DNA of 63,739 bases, counting the filler, from Hyphochytrium catenoides (lineage: Eukaryota > Protista > Hyphochytriomycota), in assembly GCA_900088475.1 (NCBI GenBank). It is 6 parts of 6 records of this genome, joined end to end, with 100 filler letters (N's around TTAATTAATTAA, not from the genome) between each part and the next. Parts side by side here need not be neighbours in the genome. Positions count along the whole stretch, not along the records: positions 29,948 to 51,292 come from FLMG01000195.1; positions 51,393 to 53,862 come from FLMG01002592.1; positions 53,963 to 56,864 come from FLMG01003703.1; positions 56,965 to 61,135 come from FLMG01004717.1; 2 more parts are not named here. One strand, 5' to 3'. Both the position numbers and the translations under genes were made by a program. Below, in pieces: positions 46,246-60,734 of the stretch. Numbering within the stretch: the first letter of the stretch is position 1; every line of letters begins with the position of its first letter. The notes beneath the pieces were generated by a model that was not told the origin of the DNA, made no database searches, and worked only from the letters and a program-made list of their open reading frames with translations.

Positions 46246-46906
46246 TCTTCCTCCATGCGACTCACGCTCAACGCGGAGAGAATTGCTGGCGGACTTGCCG
46301 TCACAGCTTTTCCGTCGCTTCCGCAGCGGCATGATCACTCCCGCAGTGCATAGAAGAGCCAATGACGCACCGTACTACGGCTTAAAGACTTGGGGCCATT
46401 CTTCTCGCGACCTCGGCCTTGCGTAAAATATAGTGCACGCTTTTAACGGCCGATCTGGGTGAGACTGCTCTGTCTCTTTCGCAATGACGCTCTCTGTGGC
46501 ATTCTAGGGCCTATTCTCCTAAGGGAGAGGAACCCAGCTTGGCGTTGCTTTCTATCCTTACGGTCTTACCGTTCAGAACGCCTCAAAGTGCAAGCATAGT
46601 GCGCTTCACTTCTTCCTTTCTCTCTGTGACAGCGTTGGAACATGAGATTGCAAGATCTTGATATGACGTTTTTTGAAGTAGAGTCAGAGCACCGCTCTCC
46701 TATATCTGCTCCAGAGTTTCGTCAACTTCTTTGTGCCTCCTCTTCTTTCATAGCAAGGTTTGTCGCAGTTATGCCCTGTAGTCTATAGTCTAACCTCCGC
46801 TGGCTGTGAAGCACGAGGTTTCTAAGCAAACCTCTCTCTTTATCATCGTTATTAACATTAGTTGCCGCGTACTTCGATCACTCCTTCTCCTTCCTCTTCT
46901 TCAGCG

Positions 46907-49894
46907 CTATACTCTGGTGAAGCTCTTCCTTGGCTGCAGCTTCTGCTGATAATCGTTCGTGAACTCTTTGCCCACCTCACAGCCCCAGATCAGAGGGAAG
47001 CTCTTTTCCAAAGCCTTTTTGACTTGCTCTCCGTGCTCCTCTGAAGTGATCTCGATGACGCACTTCACCTGCACTTCAGAGATTGACGATTGAAGCCAGG
47101 CTCTCTCATGCTGAATGTCTTTGATGCTCGCTGCAGGAGACGAGAGCGACGGAGGACGATATCGTCAATAGAGTAGAACAGGGATCAAAACTATCAACAT
47201 TGCACGTGTCCATGGAAGGGGTTTGCTAGAAGTGGATCATGTGTCGTTGGACGGGTAAGGTAGAAAACCTTTGAGAAGAAAACAGACAATGATCGACGTT
47301 GTGCACGTGAGGAAGTTGGGAATGGTAGCATGGCCAAATGCTTGACAGAGCAGTAGAAGGGTCTAGAAGAACAAGACAAAATGGCAGCAATATGGCAGCC
47401 CACGAGCTGGTCCAAGGAAAAGAAATTCTTTTGGAGAGGATGGCAGAGAGAAGAAAAGGATATTGAACCTACCATTGTTCTCTGCCAAGATCTTAGTGAT
47501 GCTCATAATGCCTCCGGGTCTGTCGCTCACCGTCGCCACGAACCTGACCAGCCTTCCATCAGCCGCCAGCCCTCTCTCTATTACTCTTCCTAGCACGGTG
47601 ATGTCGATGTTGCCACCGCAGATGGGGAGGACGACCCTCTTGCCCCTTAAATGCTCCAGTTGCCCATCCAAGATCGCAGCAAGCCCACAGGCTCCTCCTC
47701 CCTCCACCACCGCCTTCTCATACTCTACAAAGCGCAACACCGAGAGAGCGATGGCTTTCTCAGGCACTACGCAGATCCGGTCAACAAAGTTCCTGGCAAC
47801 CTTGAAGGCGTTTTCTCCTACTTTGGGGACTGCCAGACCGTCTGCCAAGGTGGGATAGGTTGGAGTGTCAACGGGGCTACCGGCTAACATCGCTGCGTTG
47901 AACGAGGCACAATTCTCAGGTTCTGCTCCCTGAACCATAGCACAGCCAGCAAAATTGGCGACACAGAAGAACGGATAGACATCAAGAAAAAAGAAGAGAT
48001 AAGAAAGAGAGAGAGTGTGACAGAGTGTGAGACAACGAAGACGGTGGGAAGACAAAGGGTCTGCCTAACAAGTGCCGGAGTTTGAAAACGACAAGGAAGC
48101 TAGCGGAAAGGGGAAGGGTGACGAGCGAAGTGCATGATGCATGGGCATCGGAAGAGAGACAGCTTGGCGAGAAGCAGGGAAAATCTGAACGGGAGAGAGG
48201 AGAGAGGTGAGAGACAGAGAGATATAACGGAAAGGAATGGCAAATAAGGAGAAAAGGGAGGTGCCGAACCCGTAGTAGGACATGCTCTCCAAGCAGAACG
48301 ACAAGACTCTGCACCACCTTACAATGATCTCAATCTCTGGCTTTAGTGTCTTCGCCGCTAGCGCGATACCTGCAATAAGTCCTCCTCCTCCCACCGGAAT
48401 GACTATGGCATCAGCGTCTGGGACCTGCAGGTGGTAATGATTAGCAACGGAAGAAAGAGTAAGGAAACCGGCTTGAAGAGAGAGAAAAAGCATCTTTAAA
48501 AGGAAGCACGCACGCATGGGCGGGAGGAAGATAGTGCCTCTGTTTGAAGACATAACGTGATAAAAGGAGAGCACGCCGAAAGGAGAGACAGAGTGGAGGG
48601 CCATAGCTCATTATCACAGAGCTGGGAGATTCTGGAGAAGGCTAAGGAAAGAGAGCAAGAGAAGAAGAGAGAAAAGAGCTGTCAACCTGAGTCAAGATTT
48701 CAATCCCTAGCGTCCCCGCCCCAGCGATAATGTGGGGATGATCGAAGCCATTGATGTAGGTGAGTCCTTCCTCTTTCTCTAGACCTGAGGCGTACTCTCT
48801 CGCCTTGAGGATGTGTTCCCCGTGGAGAATGACTCTCGCTCCTAACTGCTTGCAGCGGTTTATCTTGGTCAGAGGAGCGATTGTAGGCATGATGCAGGTC
48901 ACAGGGATGCCCAGTTGATGACCGTGATAGGCGAGTGCGAGGGCATGGTTGCCTGTGAAAGAAACGAGCGCGAGAAAACAGAAACAGAGAGAGAAAGAGA
49001 GAGAGAAAACGACAGAGAAGCAGGGAGAGAGAGAGAGAGTTGAGTTAGACGATAATATGAAAGCGCCTGTTAAACAAGTGGCGAAGACTGAGGTTCATTT
49101 ACGAGCAGAGAAAGTCTTATCATTAACAGAGTGAGATAGTGGGAGAGAAGAGAGAGTACAGGCAGAAGAGAGAAAGAGAGACAGAAGATGGGAGAGAGAG
49201 ACACAAAAGAGACAGAGAGCGGGAGAGCGACTGACCTGCAGACGCGGCAATGACGCCAGTCTTCTTTTGGTCACTGTTGAGCAGCTCCAGTGCATTTCTG
49301 GCACCTCTCTCCTTGAAGCTGCCGGGTAACGTTCAGAAGAGAGAGTCAGTGAGCAAGCACTTATAAAGAGAGGAGATAGACGGAAAAGAGCAAGATAGCG
49401 CACAGAAGAGAAGATGACACAGAAGAGAGTCTGAGAGAAAGTGAAAGGAGCGCGAGAGAGAGAGCCATCAAAGGAGAGAGACAGGGAAAGAGAGGAGAGA
49501 GAAATCAAGGGAGAGAGAGACTGAGGGAAGGAAGCGGAGAAGTGACAGGAGGAGGAACCGACAGAGAGGGAGAGAGAGAGACAAAGAAAGGGAGACGAAA
49601 GAGCAACAGAGAGAGAAGGGAAGAGAATGCGGAAGGGAAAGGAAGAATTAGGGTCGGGAGAGGGGAGAAGCTGGAAGGGGAGAGAGTCTGCTAGTCCTGA
49701 CCTTCCAGTGACTTGTCTATAATCCTTCTTGAGGAAGAGATTCACACCGGTGATCTCAGAGAGCTGGATAGAGCGCGGGCAGCTGGTGTTCACAATTCCT
49801 AAGAGAGATGTGAGTCGTAAGCTGTCAGAGAAGGTAGAGAGAGAGAGGCAAGGACTACGAGAGCGAGATCGAGTGAGTGAGAGAGAGAGATCGA

Positions 49895-49931
<37 letters not shown>

Positions 49932-50561
49932 TGAGAGAGAGAGAGAGAGAGAGAAACTTAGAAGGAGAAAGAGAGAAAGGAGGAAGATAACTGCCACTAA
50001 GTGCGTGAGAAGGGGGAGAGACAACGACAGGCCAAGACGCTAGTTAAGTGAGCGATAAGGGAGAGAAGAGCGAAGAGAAGTTAAAGAGAAAGACAGAAGC
50101 AAAACAGAACAAAGATAAAGAAGACAGAGGAACCGTCCAACGCCTAGTGCCTCTAACATGATAGAGCATCGGAGAAGGAGGACGCCCTTCCGTGGACAGC
50201 GAGAGAGGAGCTTAGACAGGAGAGGGAGAGAGAGAGAGAGAGAGAAGTGAGAGAGACAGAGAAGAGAGAAAGAAAGAAACACACACCCACACGCAGAGCA
50301 CACAGCTTGTTTCTTACCATTCCTGATTCTATAGCTGGCGGTGCTGACATCGGCGAAGGTGACTGGCAATCCTTTCTCTTTGTTCTTTATCCTCTCAATC
50401 TTCTCCACAGGTTGCTCTTCTCTCCCTTTTCTCTCCTCCTCCTGGGGCTTCCAACCCGTTGATGAGTAGCTCCGGACCTTCAGACAGGAGCCACGGGAGA
50501 CGAGAGGGAGAGAAGGAGAGAAACGGAGGCTACCGCGTTGCTGAACGGACAAGCGTAGCAT
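46907..50561 (-). CDS. ilvA: Threonine dehydratase (PLP-dependent, single C-terminal ACT domain), probably mitochondrial
   Basis: Seven exons giving VTG|SFKERGA (PLP lysine), ASA|GNHALA, GFDHPHIIAGAGT, PVGGGGLIAG, TLADGLAV, CGGNID and ACT DRPGG..IQHER. The N-terminus is Arg/Ser-rich like a presequence. Confidence 0.93.
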
Positions 50562-50732
50562 TGTTCCTTGAGAAGAGGAAGAAGCGACTTGAGCAACGCC
50601 TGAGGAGAAGCAAGATTTTCCACGCAAAAAGAGAGAGAAAGAGAGACAGAGGGAACAGAGAGAGGGTGTAAAAGGAAGAAAGAGCAGGGAGACAGAGACA
50701 GAGAATGGGAAGTGACGGAGAGAGAGAGAGAA

Positions 50733-50765
<33 letters not shown>

Positions 50766-51018
50766 ACCTTGCTTTCCTTACCGCTGGTTGTGGGCTTCCC
50801 TTTGTGACCTCTCGTTATGTCAGGGCAGCGAAGAGAGAGCGCTGCCGCTTCAGTCAGAGGAAGAGGTAAGTAGATACCCGCAGAGCGAGTTATGTGAGGC
50901 CGCAAGAGGGCGCGGCGATGCTGCTGTTGTTTCCTTCCTGCCTGCTCGCTCTCCGTCTCTCTCTCTCCGTCTCTCTCCCTCTCTCTCTCNNNNNNNNNNN
51001 NNNNNNNNNNNNNNNNNN

Positions 51019-51049
<31 letters not shown>

Positions 51050-51078
51050 TTCTCTCTCTCTCTCCCTCTCTCTCTCTT

Positions 51079-51117
<39 letters not shown>

Positions 51118-51392
51118 TTCTCTCTGTCTGTCTGTCTGTCTCTTTCTAAAACAGAAGTTAACGGACAACTAAACTGTAACGCCGTCCGGATGGGTGGGCG
51201 GGTGTTATGCCAATGAAAAGCAATGATGAATAATTGGAACTACAGTCGTGGGTGGGTTGACGTGGTTGAGCTTTACAGAGCCCTTCTGCTGGNNNNNNNN
51301 NNNNNNNNNNNNNNNNNNNNNNNNNNNNNNNNNNNNTTAATTAATTAANNNNNNNNNNNNNNNNNNNNNNNNNNNNNNNNNNNNNNNNNNNN

Positions 51393-53862
51393 AACTGTGA
51401 GCCTTTTAGAGCTCTTGTCAGCTTCTGCTCTCAACAAAGTTTTCTGTCTCTGGTGAATCCCTTACCCTAGCTTCTATCCAGCAGGCTGCAACGAAGGCGA
51501 AAGCCGTCCAGAATAGCCACAAATGGCTGCTAGACAGCGGATGCTCCAGTCACATTACTGGAGATCGATCACTCTTTCTCTCTTTCACTGTTGGATTATA
51601 TGGGATGACTGGACAATGTCATTAGATGAGAGTGCTCGACTTATAAGCCCAACTGGGGTCCCATAATCTAGAGCTATTCTGACTATGCCAACTATTCCAA
51701 ATAAACCCTAAGATATTCAGTCATAGAGAAATCCCTGCCTAGAACAGTCAGTCCTGAAGGTATTCCGGGTACTGACCATAAGCCATAGATATAAACAGGG
51801 GCATTTCGTTTGCTTCATATCTCGGCTTCTACGGGGAGTTTGGAGCTGAAACTTGGGTAGTTAAGCTTGCCAGCTTGTAGTCCACATAGCTTTGCCCTCA
51901 GACTCCAACAGAAAATGGACCCCAAGTCAAAACCCTACATATTCGTTGGTTACCCAGACAACTCAAATGCCTATCGACTTTATGCCTCAGCTGCGTGACT
52001 CCGTACTCCGTCTCTTTGATGTACTTAGCGAGGACGACAGCTCCCTCCCTACCACTCCGACTAGTCAAGGGGATCTGATCAACACATGTCCATCCAAGCA
52101 CAGGTGCCTCCCCCAACGAATACCTCGCCAAACACCCCGATGCTGCTGCCGGCACCTTGCCAGCCCCTGAACCAGCAGACATCGCATGCGGCAACGACAA
52201 TTCAGCTTCGATAGATCCGTGTTCACCTCCCGATGGCCGTTGCGAAAACCTGCCCGATTGCCCAGACAGTCTACAACAACCCCTTGTCCCCCCAGCAAGA
52301 GCAACCGATTCAACAAAACAAATACCTCCCTCCCGCATTCCGCTTTTCAGACGCCGACTTCAACAAGAGGACTCTATTTTCTCCACCATGGCTAATCACC
52401 TTGGCAACTCCTTATCACCCAATGAACCCCGAACGATAGAGGAGGAGGCTCTTTCTGGACCGGATGCGTCGGATTGGAACGCCGCTATCCTCAGTGATAT
52501 GGCATCTATGGAACAACACGACTTTTGGGAACTCGTTGAACGTCCTCCAGGAACAAACGTCATTGGGTGTAAACGGGTATTTCGCATAAAATATGGAAGT
52601 GATGGCACCATCGATCGCTATAAGGCACGGCTCGTTGCTCAAGGCTACAATCAGAAACAGGGGATCGATTACAACGAGGTCTTCGCGCCAGTGGTCAGCT
52701 ATGAGTCCGTCCGATGTATCCTCTCTTTAGCTGCGATGTATGACTTTGAGATTCATCATCTTGTTACTCGTAGTGCCTTTCTCCATGGAGATCTTGGACG
52801 AGACCATATACATGCGCCAATCCCCGGGATGCGCTCAACCAGGAGAGGAGCATCTGGTTTGTAAGCTAAAGTTCAGCATTTATGGGCTCAAACAAAGTCC
52901 TCGCCAATGGAACAAAGTATTAGACAGTTATCTTCGTGCCAACGGATTTGAACCCAGCTTGTGTGAACCTTGCGTCTACATCAACAGGTCCGGGGAGGAT
53001 GGCAAGTTGACCATTGTGTCGACTTTCGTAGACGACCTGCTAATCTTCGCGCCAAGCAACAATCGTGCGGATCAAGTTAAAGGACTCCAAAGGACAGATT
53101 TGATGTGAAGGACTTAGGAGAAGTCCCAAATACTGCTAGGAGTAGAAGTTCTTAGGGATCGAAAGAATCGGAAGATTTACTTTCACCAACGAAGATTTGT
53201 TCAAGGCCTTCTGAAGCGTTATGGCATGGAAGATTGTAACCCAATCAGCACGCCTGTTACTCCTGGTGAAAAGCTACCCAAGGCAGACTCTTTCTCTACA
53301 CTGACTTCTGAAGAGGAGCAATATTTACTCAAGATACCGTACAGGAATGCTGTTGGCAGTCTTATGCATCTGATGGTAGCCTCCAGGCCGGATATAGCCT
53401 TCGCGGTACAATCGGTCAGCCAGCATATGACTAACTGATAGACAGACTCACTGGGCTGCTGTGAAGCGGATACTGAGATATCTGAATGGGACTGCAGGCC
53501 ATTTCTTATGTCTACGAGGAGAAGCAACCCCAGACATCATTCAATCAGAGTCCAAGACTACAACTCTTTGCAGATGCAGACTGGGCAAATGATCCTATGG
53601 ACAGGAAATCCATTTCAAGCTACTTTCTTACACTGGGGACTGGTGCTTTCAGTTGGAAGGCTAAGAAGCAGGACATAGTGGCTTCTTCAACCACTGAAGC
53701 TGAGTGCATCTTACTTTGGACTGGAGCCAAAAACATGCAGAACACATCTCTTATTTCTTACAGGAGCTTCAGTATCCACTGAGTAGACCCATCCTCGCAC
53801 ATCAAGACAACTAGAGCACAATAACAGTGTGCGAGATGCCGAGACCAAAATCGAAATATATT
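51393..53862 (+). mobile_element. Decayed Ty1/Copia LTR retrotransposon pol fragment
   Basis: Protease WLLDSGCSSH, SH3 IFVGYP..AYRLY, RT YKARLVAQGYNQKQGIDYNEVFAPV, YGLKQSPRQW and FVDDL, RNase H ADADWA..SSTTEAE. Many frameshifts and stops. The integrase core is not recognisable, and both ends are assembly gaps. Confidence 0.95.
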
Positions 53863-54274
53863 NNNNNNNNNNNNNNNNNNNNNNNNNNNNNNNNNNNNNN
53901 NNNNNNTTAATTAATTAANNNNNNNNNNNNNNNNNNNNNNNNNNNNNNNNNNNNNNNNNNNNTCTTCATTGCCTTGAAGACCTACATAAGACGCCGTGCC
54001 GTTAGCCGCAAGAAAGAGAAAAGGCCAAGAGAGAGATAGAGAAGAACGCAGCAAACTAAAGATATCACTAGCGCAGTAACAAGCCCTAAATGATGGACAG
54101 ATGGACGACGATAGAGTCGTAGCTCAAGAAGGCCCCAGATGCTCTGTAGTCCCTGCAGATTGCTAGCAGCACAAGGGAGCAAATGGCCAGAGCGAGGGAC
54201 GAGGTCTACGGAGACAATATACTACGGAGAGACCCCAGCAGGAACAGCGAAGCTCATTTGTCTGAGGGCCTAAC

Positions 54275-55219
<945 letters not shown>

Positions 55220-55469
55220 TTTGATGGAGGCTTTCTACGAAGAGAGAGATGACTGTCTCGGAGATTCGATGGCCTCTGTAAGATTCCGAGCTCCAGCAGA
55301 TACTGAGCTGTAGGGCGTGGCTCAGCAAAGAAGAAAGTGAGGCTTTGTTATTGCTCTGAACTTTTGTCTGTCTTCACGCTGAATGGTTGGCGCAATGCTC
55401 TGTGGTTCGCCTCACATTGTCTGTCTCTTTGCTTCTTCAAGCTCTTTCTCTCTATAGATCTGCCCCTAT

Positions 55470-55512
<43 letters not shown>

Positions 55513-56986
55513 ACCTCTCTCTCTCTCTCTGCCTCTCTCTCTCTGTCTCTCTGTCTCTCTCTCTTCTCTCATTCTCATCGTCCTCAACTTCTGTTCCTCC
55601 CCTGCTGCCGAAGCTCTGTCTGAGGAGAGCTTACTACTCGATCTCTCGTGGCTTCTCTGTCTGAGCTTCTTTGTCTCTGTAGTTTATCTGTTTGACTCTG
55701 AAGCAGTACCGTCCTACTTCAAAGCAGCCTCTTTATCGACTCTGTCTCGTTGTCTCTCTGCCTCTTGGGCTGTCTGTCTCTCTCTCTGTCTGGCTGCTGC
55801 ATGTGGTGGAGCCGTGGGGCTAGAATGCTAAAATTGTTGAGCATCTGATGCTGAGAAGCCAGGCTCACCCACAGCTCCAAAATACCGCAATTCACCAAAT
55901 GTGTGTCAATATAAGAAACGGTTACTAGCTTTGTAAGGGCAGACTAGCACTATTTTGGATGGTTGACTAAGCTTGAAAGTGAGTTATGCATCCCACCCAC
56001 TTTCGCGTTGTGTTCGCCTGGAAAGAAAAGAAACCTATCCCACCCAGCCTAGAGTGTACTATTGTTGAGCTTCTGGAGGATGTATGACATTCTTAAACTC
56101 AATGATCCATAATGCCAACCCTCCGTGTATTACTACTGCTCACCGGGTGATGAACGAAATACACCACAAGAAAAGAATATTTCTTGATGTCGACTTTCTA
56201 AGGCTACGCCGCCTTAAACTACAGACCCTCGGGAAAAATAGATGATATTTCTAAGGATTAGCAGCCCTGGTCACTGAAACCATTGACCCAGCTAGGATTA
56301 TTACTATGTAACTTCAACTACTTCGGTCAGGGCTATTAGAACGGCTTAGGACGCAGATGAGCATACTCTTGAAAGGGTTATTACTACCACAGAGACGACC
56401 TTAGGCCGCTGTCCTAGCTTTGAACCGTCATTTCTGCCAAAGCCCAGGAAGGAATCTGCGTTACTGTACTGGACAGTAACACCTGCAGATCTGGGTGGAG
56501 CTCTACGATGAAGCTTTTGCAGAGGATGATGTCCTTGAGATTGGCTGCATTGATCGGGAGAAGGGCTCGCAACATAGAAGACGAGAGATCCTCTTTCTTG
56601 TCTGCCAGGTGTATCGAGGACCCGTGTCATGAAACACGTCCAAGACACTTCAGAGCCGTCTGCTCGCCTGCCCAGCAGCAGAGCTTGTCTACTTGCTCTA
56701 GCAATCATCCATGCCTTAGCTCTTCGGGGCAAAATCTAGGGAATGTCTGACACACAGGCTTCATATTATCATTTATGGATGCCAGACATAGAAAAAGGAC
56801 CCACTGAGAGCCGATGACATTAGGTGGTGGGGCCACTAGTGAGGCTGCATTGAGATAGCTCGGCNNNNNNNNNNNNNNNNNNNNNNNNNNNNNNNNNNNN
56901 NNNNNNNNTTAATTAATTAANNNNNNNNNNNNNNNNNNNNNNNNNNNNNNNNNNNNNNNNNNNNAAATGAAATCAGAGCCCTCAGC

Positions 56987-59599
56987 GTGTTCTACGGGCC
57001 TCCCACATTTTATGTCACTATAAATCCCGCAGATATCCACAATGCTATCGTTCTACAGTATGCAGGAAAGGAAGTACCTCTAACTCCTGAAGAACAGAAT
57101 CGTCTCTTTCCGTATCAGCTACGAGCAAGGATAGTCGCCTCCAATCCGGTTGCAGTTACCCGATTTTTTGAAGTCTGGGTTCTCGCTCTTATTAAACATG
57201 TGTTAGGGTGGGGCCAAGAGGAAGGAGGTGTTTTAGGAACTCTCAATGCGTTCTATGGTGTAATTGAGGTTCAAGGGAGAGGAAGTTTGCATACGCATGC
57301 TGTTCTTTACATAAGAGGAGCATTACCGCCACTCGACGTCCGGGAGAAGATGTCCGAACCCCTCTTTGCCGACCGGATGTTCGCTTACCTCACGGATGTT
57401 ATTAAGAACGACTTTGAAGACTTGCTCACTATCCTCAGACCGCAGGAGGAGAATAATGGTGAGCTGTCAGAAGCAGCCGAAGAGCAGCACGATAATAACC
57501 ATCACCACAACAATTCATCACCTACTACCGAAGACATTACTTCTACAGATATTCAGCACGCAGAGACAACGTTAACGGAGGAAAGTCGAGCAGAAGAGTT
57601 GTTGCTGCCCTCAAGCACATCAATAAATCTACCGCCACCGCCACCACCCTCAAACTCTCCCCACCCATCACTTCTGCGCCCACCTGCCCCACTTACACCA
57701 TCCGCGAGCAATGAAGGGACGCCTCCCCCCTTGCACAGCTCTCAGCTATTTAGGGAGAACATTTCACTGGCACGAGACTTATACACTCTCTTGAAAAAAA
57801 CTCAAGTGCATACACATTCTCCCACCTGTTATAAGTATGGATTTGCTGAATGCAGATTTCAGTTACCGGCTGATATTGTCGACCGACCCTTTTTCGACCG
57901 CCAGACAGGTAAACTTCACACCAGGCGACTTGATGGCATGGTCAACCCTTTTAATGATATTCTCTCGCTCTGCGCACGGTGCAATGTCGATGTTAAGTAC
58001 ATTGGGGCCAGTGGAAACCAAGCTTTGGCTATTCTTTACTACATTACTTGCTACATCACGAAGAGTGGTCTAACCACACACAATGCATTTGCTCTCGCTA
58101 AGGCCTCCCTTGAGAAGGTGTTCGTGAACTCACCGAACCCAAATCCACCAACAAGTCTTGCCACCGGTAGTGGTAGAACTACTCGTAATGTAATAGGTGG
58201 TAGAGCTACCGTTTCTTGTACCAACAGCGAAAGCACTACCGATATTAGTGGTAATAACATCACCGATAACACCGCTATAAGAACAGATGAAGATGCAACA
58301 ACAACAGGCACTACAGCAACAACCATCGTCCAATGTCCTCAGAACGAAGCACGGCGCAAAATTCTTCGGTGTTTAATAGCCTCTTGCGCACAACAGGAGC
58401 TTTCAGCCACGCAGGTTGCGGCATTGGTGCTCTCCATTGACGGGAAAGGCGGTGATCATTTCACATCTCACAGATTTGTCTCCCTCGTCACAACTCCGTT
58501 CTATCATTATCTTCAAAAGGAAGACGGCCTATCCTGTACCCCTACTACGTCAACAACGTCCGATAATAATAGCGACAACGGTGATGATCATCATGATGAT
58601 AACGAGGACCAATTTCCGATAACCAGTACTAATGCTACTACAACAAGAAACCTTGATCAACCAGAAGAATTTACTCTTCAACGCGCAACCACCACAACCA
58701 GTACTTCTTCCTCCTCGACTTATTATGTAGCAGTAAATGACCGTCTTGACTACATATACAGAGATGAGACCTTATATGGTATCAGCCTATACGACTTCAA
58801 GTCCCTATATAAAAAAATAACCTTGACGTCAGAGAAAAGAAGGCTACAGCGCCGCACAGGCAGACGCCAACGAAGCCAAAATGGTACTACTAATGACAAC
58901 AATAGATCAATTTTGGTTGTCGATAATGAAGCCGAGCATAGTGAAGATGAGATAGTTCTTGAAGAACGCGAACCAACGAACGGCACGAACGAAGAGCAGG
59001 AAGAAGAAGCAATCTTCTTGGCCGATAACCTCAATGAATACAGTGGTATCGGACGACGAGCGACTACACGATACTTATTCACTCACCCTCATCCACAGAT
59101 GAAGACCCACGCTCTTCGAAAGCTAACAGAACCAATAATTCCAGTTCTTCTTGGCAGGAGCATACCCAGGCGTGACGATGAGACGAAGCGTGATGAATAC
59201 GCATGCTTGATCTTGTTGCTCTTTAAGCCCTGGAAAAGCTTACACGACCTAAAGCCCGCGAACCGGACCTGGTATGAAGCCTTTACTGCCTGGCTACAGC
59301 TAGCCCCAACAGACGGAGGCCCGTCACAGGAAACAATCAAACGAATCAACAACATTGAGTACCTGAAAAGGTCCGCCGATGAAGCTAGTGCAGAGGCCAC
59401 CGCTAGACGACAACGGTCTCAAAGAAGGGTCACAACAGATCATTCCACCTCTGAACCACCCCTTCCTGGCCAGAAGAACCGCACCACCAGACACTCAGCC
59501 AAGGACACACTTCTCCCCACTTCACAACTTTCATACCACCACAAACAACGCAGCAAGAGCAAAGCACCCATCACCCCTTCTTCAAACACAGCACGATAA
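56987..59599 (+). CDS. Helitron HUH Rep (Y2) domain protein, partial
   Basis: GPPTFYVTINPAD (motif 1), EVQGRGSLHTH (HUH), QVHTHSPTCYK..CRF, CNVDVKYI, YITCYITK (Y2), SHRF, DYIYR, HPQMKTH, LLLFKPW. No Walker A motif before the stop. Confidence 0.92.
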   Translation: MFYGPPTFYVTINPADIHNAIVLQYAGKEVPLTPEEQNRLFPYQLRARIVASNPVAVTRFFEVWVLALIKHVLGWGQEEGGVLGTLNAFYGVIEVQGRGSLHTHAVLYIRGALPPLDVREKMSEPLFADRMFAYLTDVIKNDFEDLLTILRPQEENNGELSEAAEEQHDNNHHHNNSSPTTEDITSTDIQHAETTLTEESRAEELLLPSSTSINLPPPPPPSNSPHPSLLRPPAPLTPSASNEGTPPPLHSSQLFRENISLARDLYTLLKKTQVHTHSPTCYKYGFAECRFQLPADIVDRPFFDRQTGKLHTRRLDGMVNPFNDILSLCARCNVDVKYIGASGNQALAILYYITCYITKSGLTTHNAFALAKASLEKVFVNSPNPNPPTSLATGSGRTTRNVIGGRATVSCTNSESTTDISGNNITDNTAIRTDEDATTTGTTATTIVQCPQNEARRKILRCLIASCAQQELSATQVAALVLSIDGKGGDHFTSHRFVSLVTTPFYHYLQKEDGLSCTPTTSTTSDNNSDNGDDHHDDNEDQFPITSTNATTTRNLDQPEEFTLQRATTTTSTSSSSTYYVAVNDRLDYIYRDETLYGISLYDFKSLYKKITLTSEKRRLQRRTGRRQRSQNGTTNDNNRSILVVDNEAEHSEDEIVLEEREPTNGTNEEQEEEAIFLADNLNEYSGIGRRATTRYLFTHPHPQMKTHALRKLTEPIIPVLLGRSIPRRDDETKRDEYACLILLLFKPWKSLHDLKPANRTWYEAFTAWLQLAPTDGGPSQETIKRINNIEYLKRSADEASAEATARRQRSQRRVTTDHSTSEPPLPGQKNRTTRHSAKDTLLPTSQLSYHHKQRSKSKAPITPSSNTAR

Positions 59600-59601
59600 T
59601 A

Positions 59602-60734
59602 ATGGCAAAGACACCACCAACTACCGGCACAGTGGAACGTCAAAACAGAGGAAGACCAAGAACCCATCCACCACAACAGCCCACCGACGACGAAGAAAGA
59701 AGACCACAACAACAACAGCGCCAACAATCTCCAGATGACGGCGACGAGGAACTGCCCAGTCTCGTTCCCCCTCTGCAGCCAACAGCACCGGCCACAGTAC
59801 CAACAGAATCACGCCAACAGCCAGAATCAACCCAGCACGACATCAACCCCCACCCTCATCCCTTCTTCACAACCAACTACGCCAACACGGAGGACTACCT
59901 TCTCAACCGCCGGCCTTCACATTCCGGCGGCAGGCTCCCTCCATTTCCGCCGAACAATCGCTACAGCCAGTACTTTGCGGCCGCCAGCCAAACGCCAGCC
60001 TTTATCACTGGAATTGTCTCAACTCTTGAGAATTTCCACACCGTAGACGACCCGTCCCCGGAAATCAGAGCTGTCATCGTTATCACTGATACACCCTTTT
60101 TAGACAAACAAAAACGGACCATCTCTCACAGCGATTTCCAACCCTACATATCCTATCTTCGGGAAGCTATACAGACGCACCCCTCTTTTCATGACTGGCA
60201 AAATGCCGCGGCCACCACACGCGGAACCTACTTCAACCTCCCGCTCACACTGGAAGGAACCCTACATCATCTCAAGTTTGTCCGCAAACTCTACAAAGTA
60301 AGTACCAAACCAACTTCTATTATTTATTTATTTTATAACATCTGCTGTTGCACCTTGCTACCCCACAATTACTGCAGAGAGTACCCAACACCCAAGAACT
60401 ACAACTAAGCCCACCTGTGATAATAAACACAGAAGGGGATGAAGTACCATGGGATACTCAATCCCTAAGAACAGCTCTCGAACCAGGTGATCTTGTTGAA
60501 ATTTGGTTCGACATCTCTGCTTACTGCATGATACGGACTACAAGTTCCACCCATCGAACCAACAACGGGTTTCAACTAAATTTCGACTCGATACGGGTAA
60601 TCAAAAAGCAAGCAGCCGCACCTGTACTTGATACATTCAACGGCGTGACCTCTCCCTCAACCAAACCCCGCCCACCTCCAGACAATGAAAGCCCAGCCAA
60701 AAAGAGGAGAAGCCTTCCACTACAGGGAATCTAA
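59602..60734 (+). CDS. Putative OB-fold ssDNA-binding protein (phage gp2.5/DUF2815-like pattern), 350 aa
   Basis: Exons 59602-60297 and 60378-60734 joined by a phase-0 GTAAGT..CAG intron. C-terminal PVIINTEG..LEPGDLVEIWFDISAY..NGFQLNFDSIRVIK and an NLS-like PAKKRR. The function is inferred from the pattern only. Confidence 0.6.
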
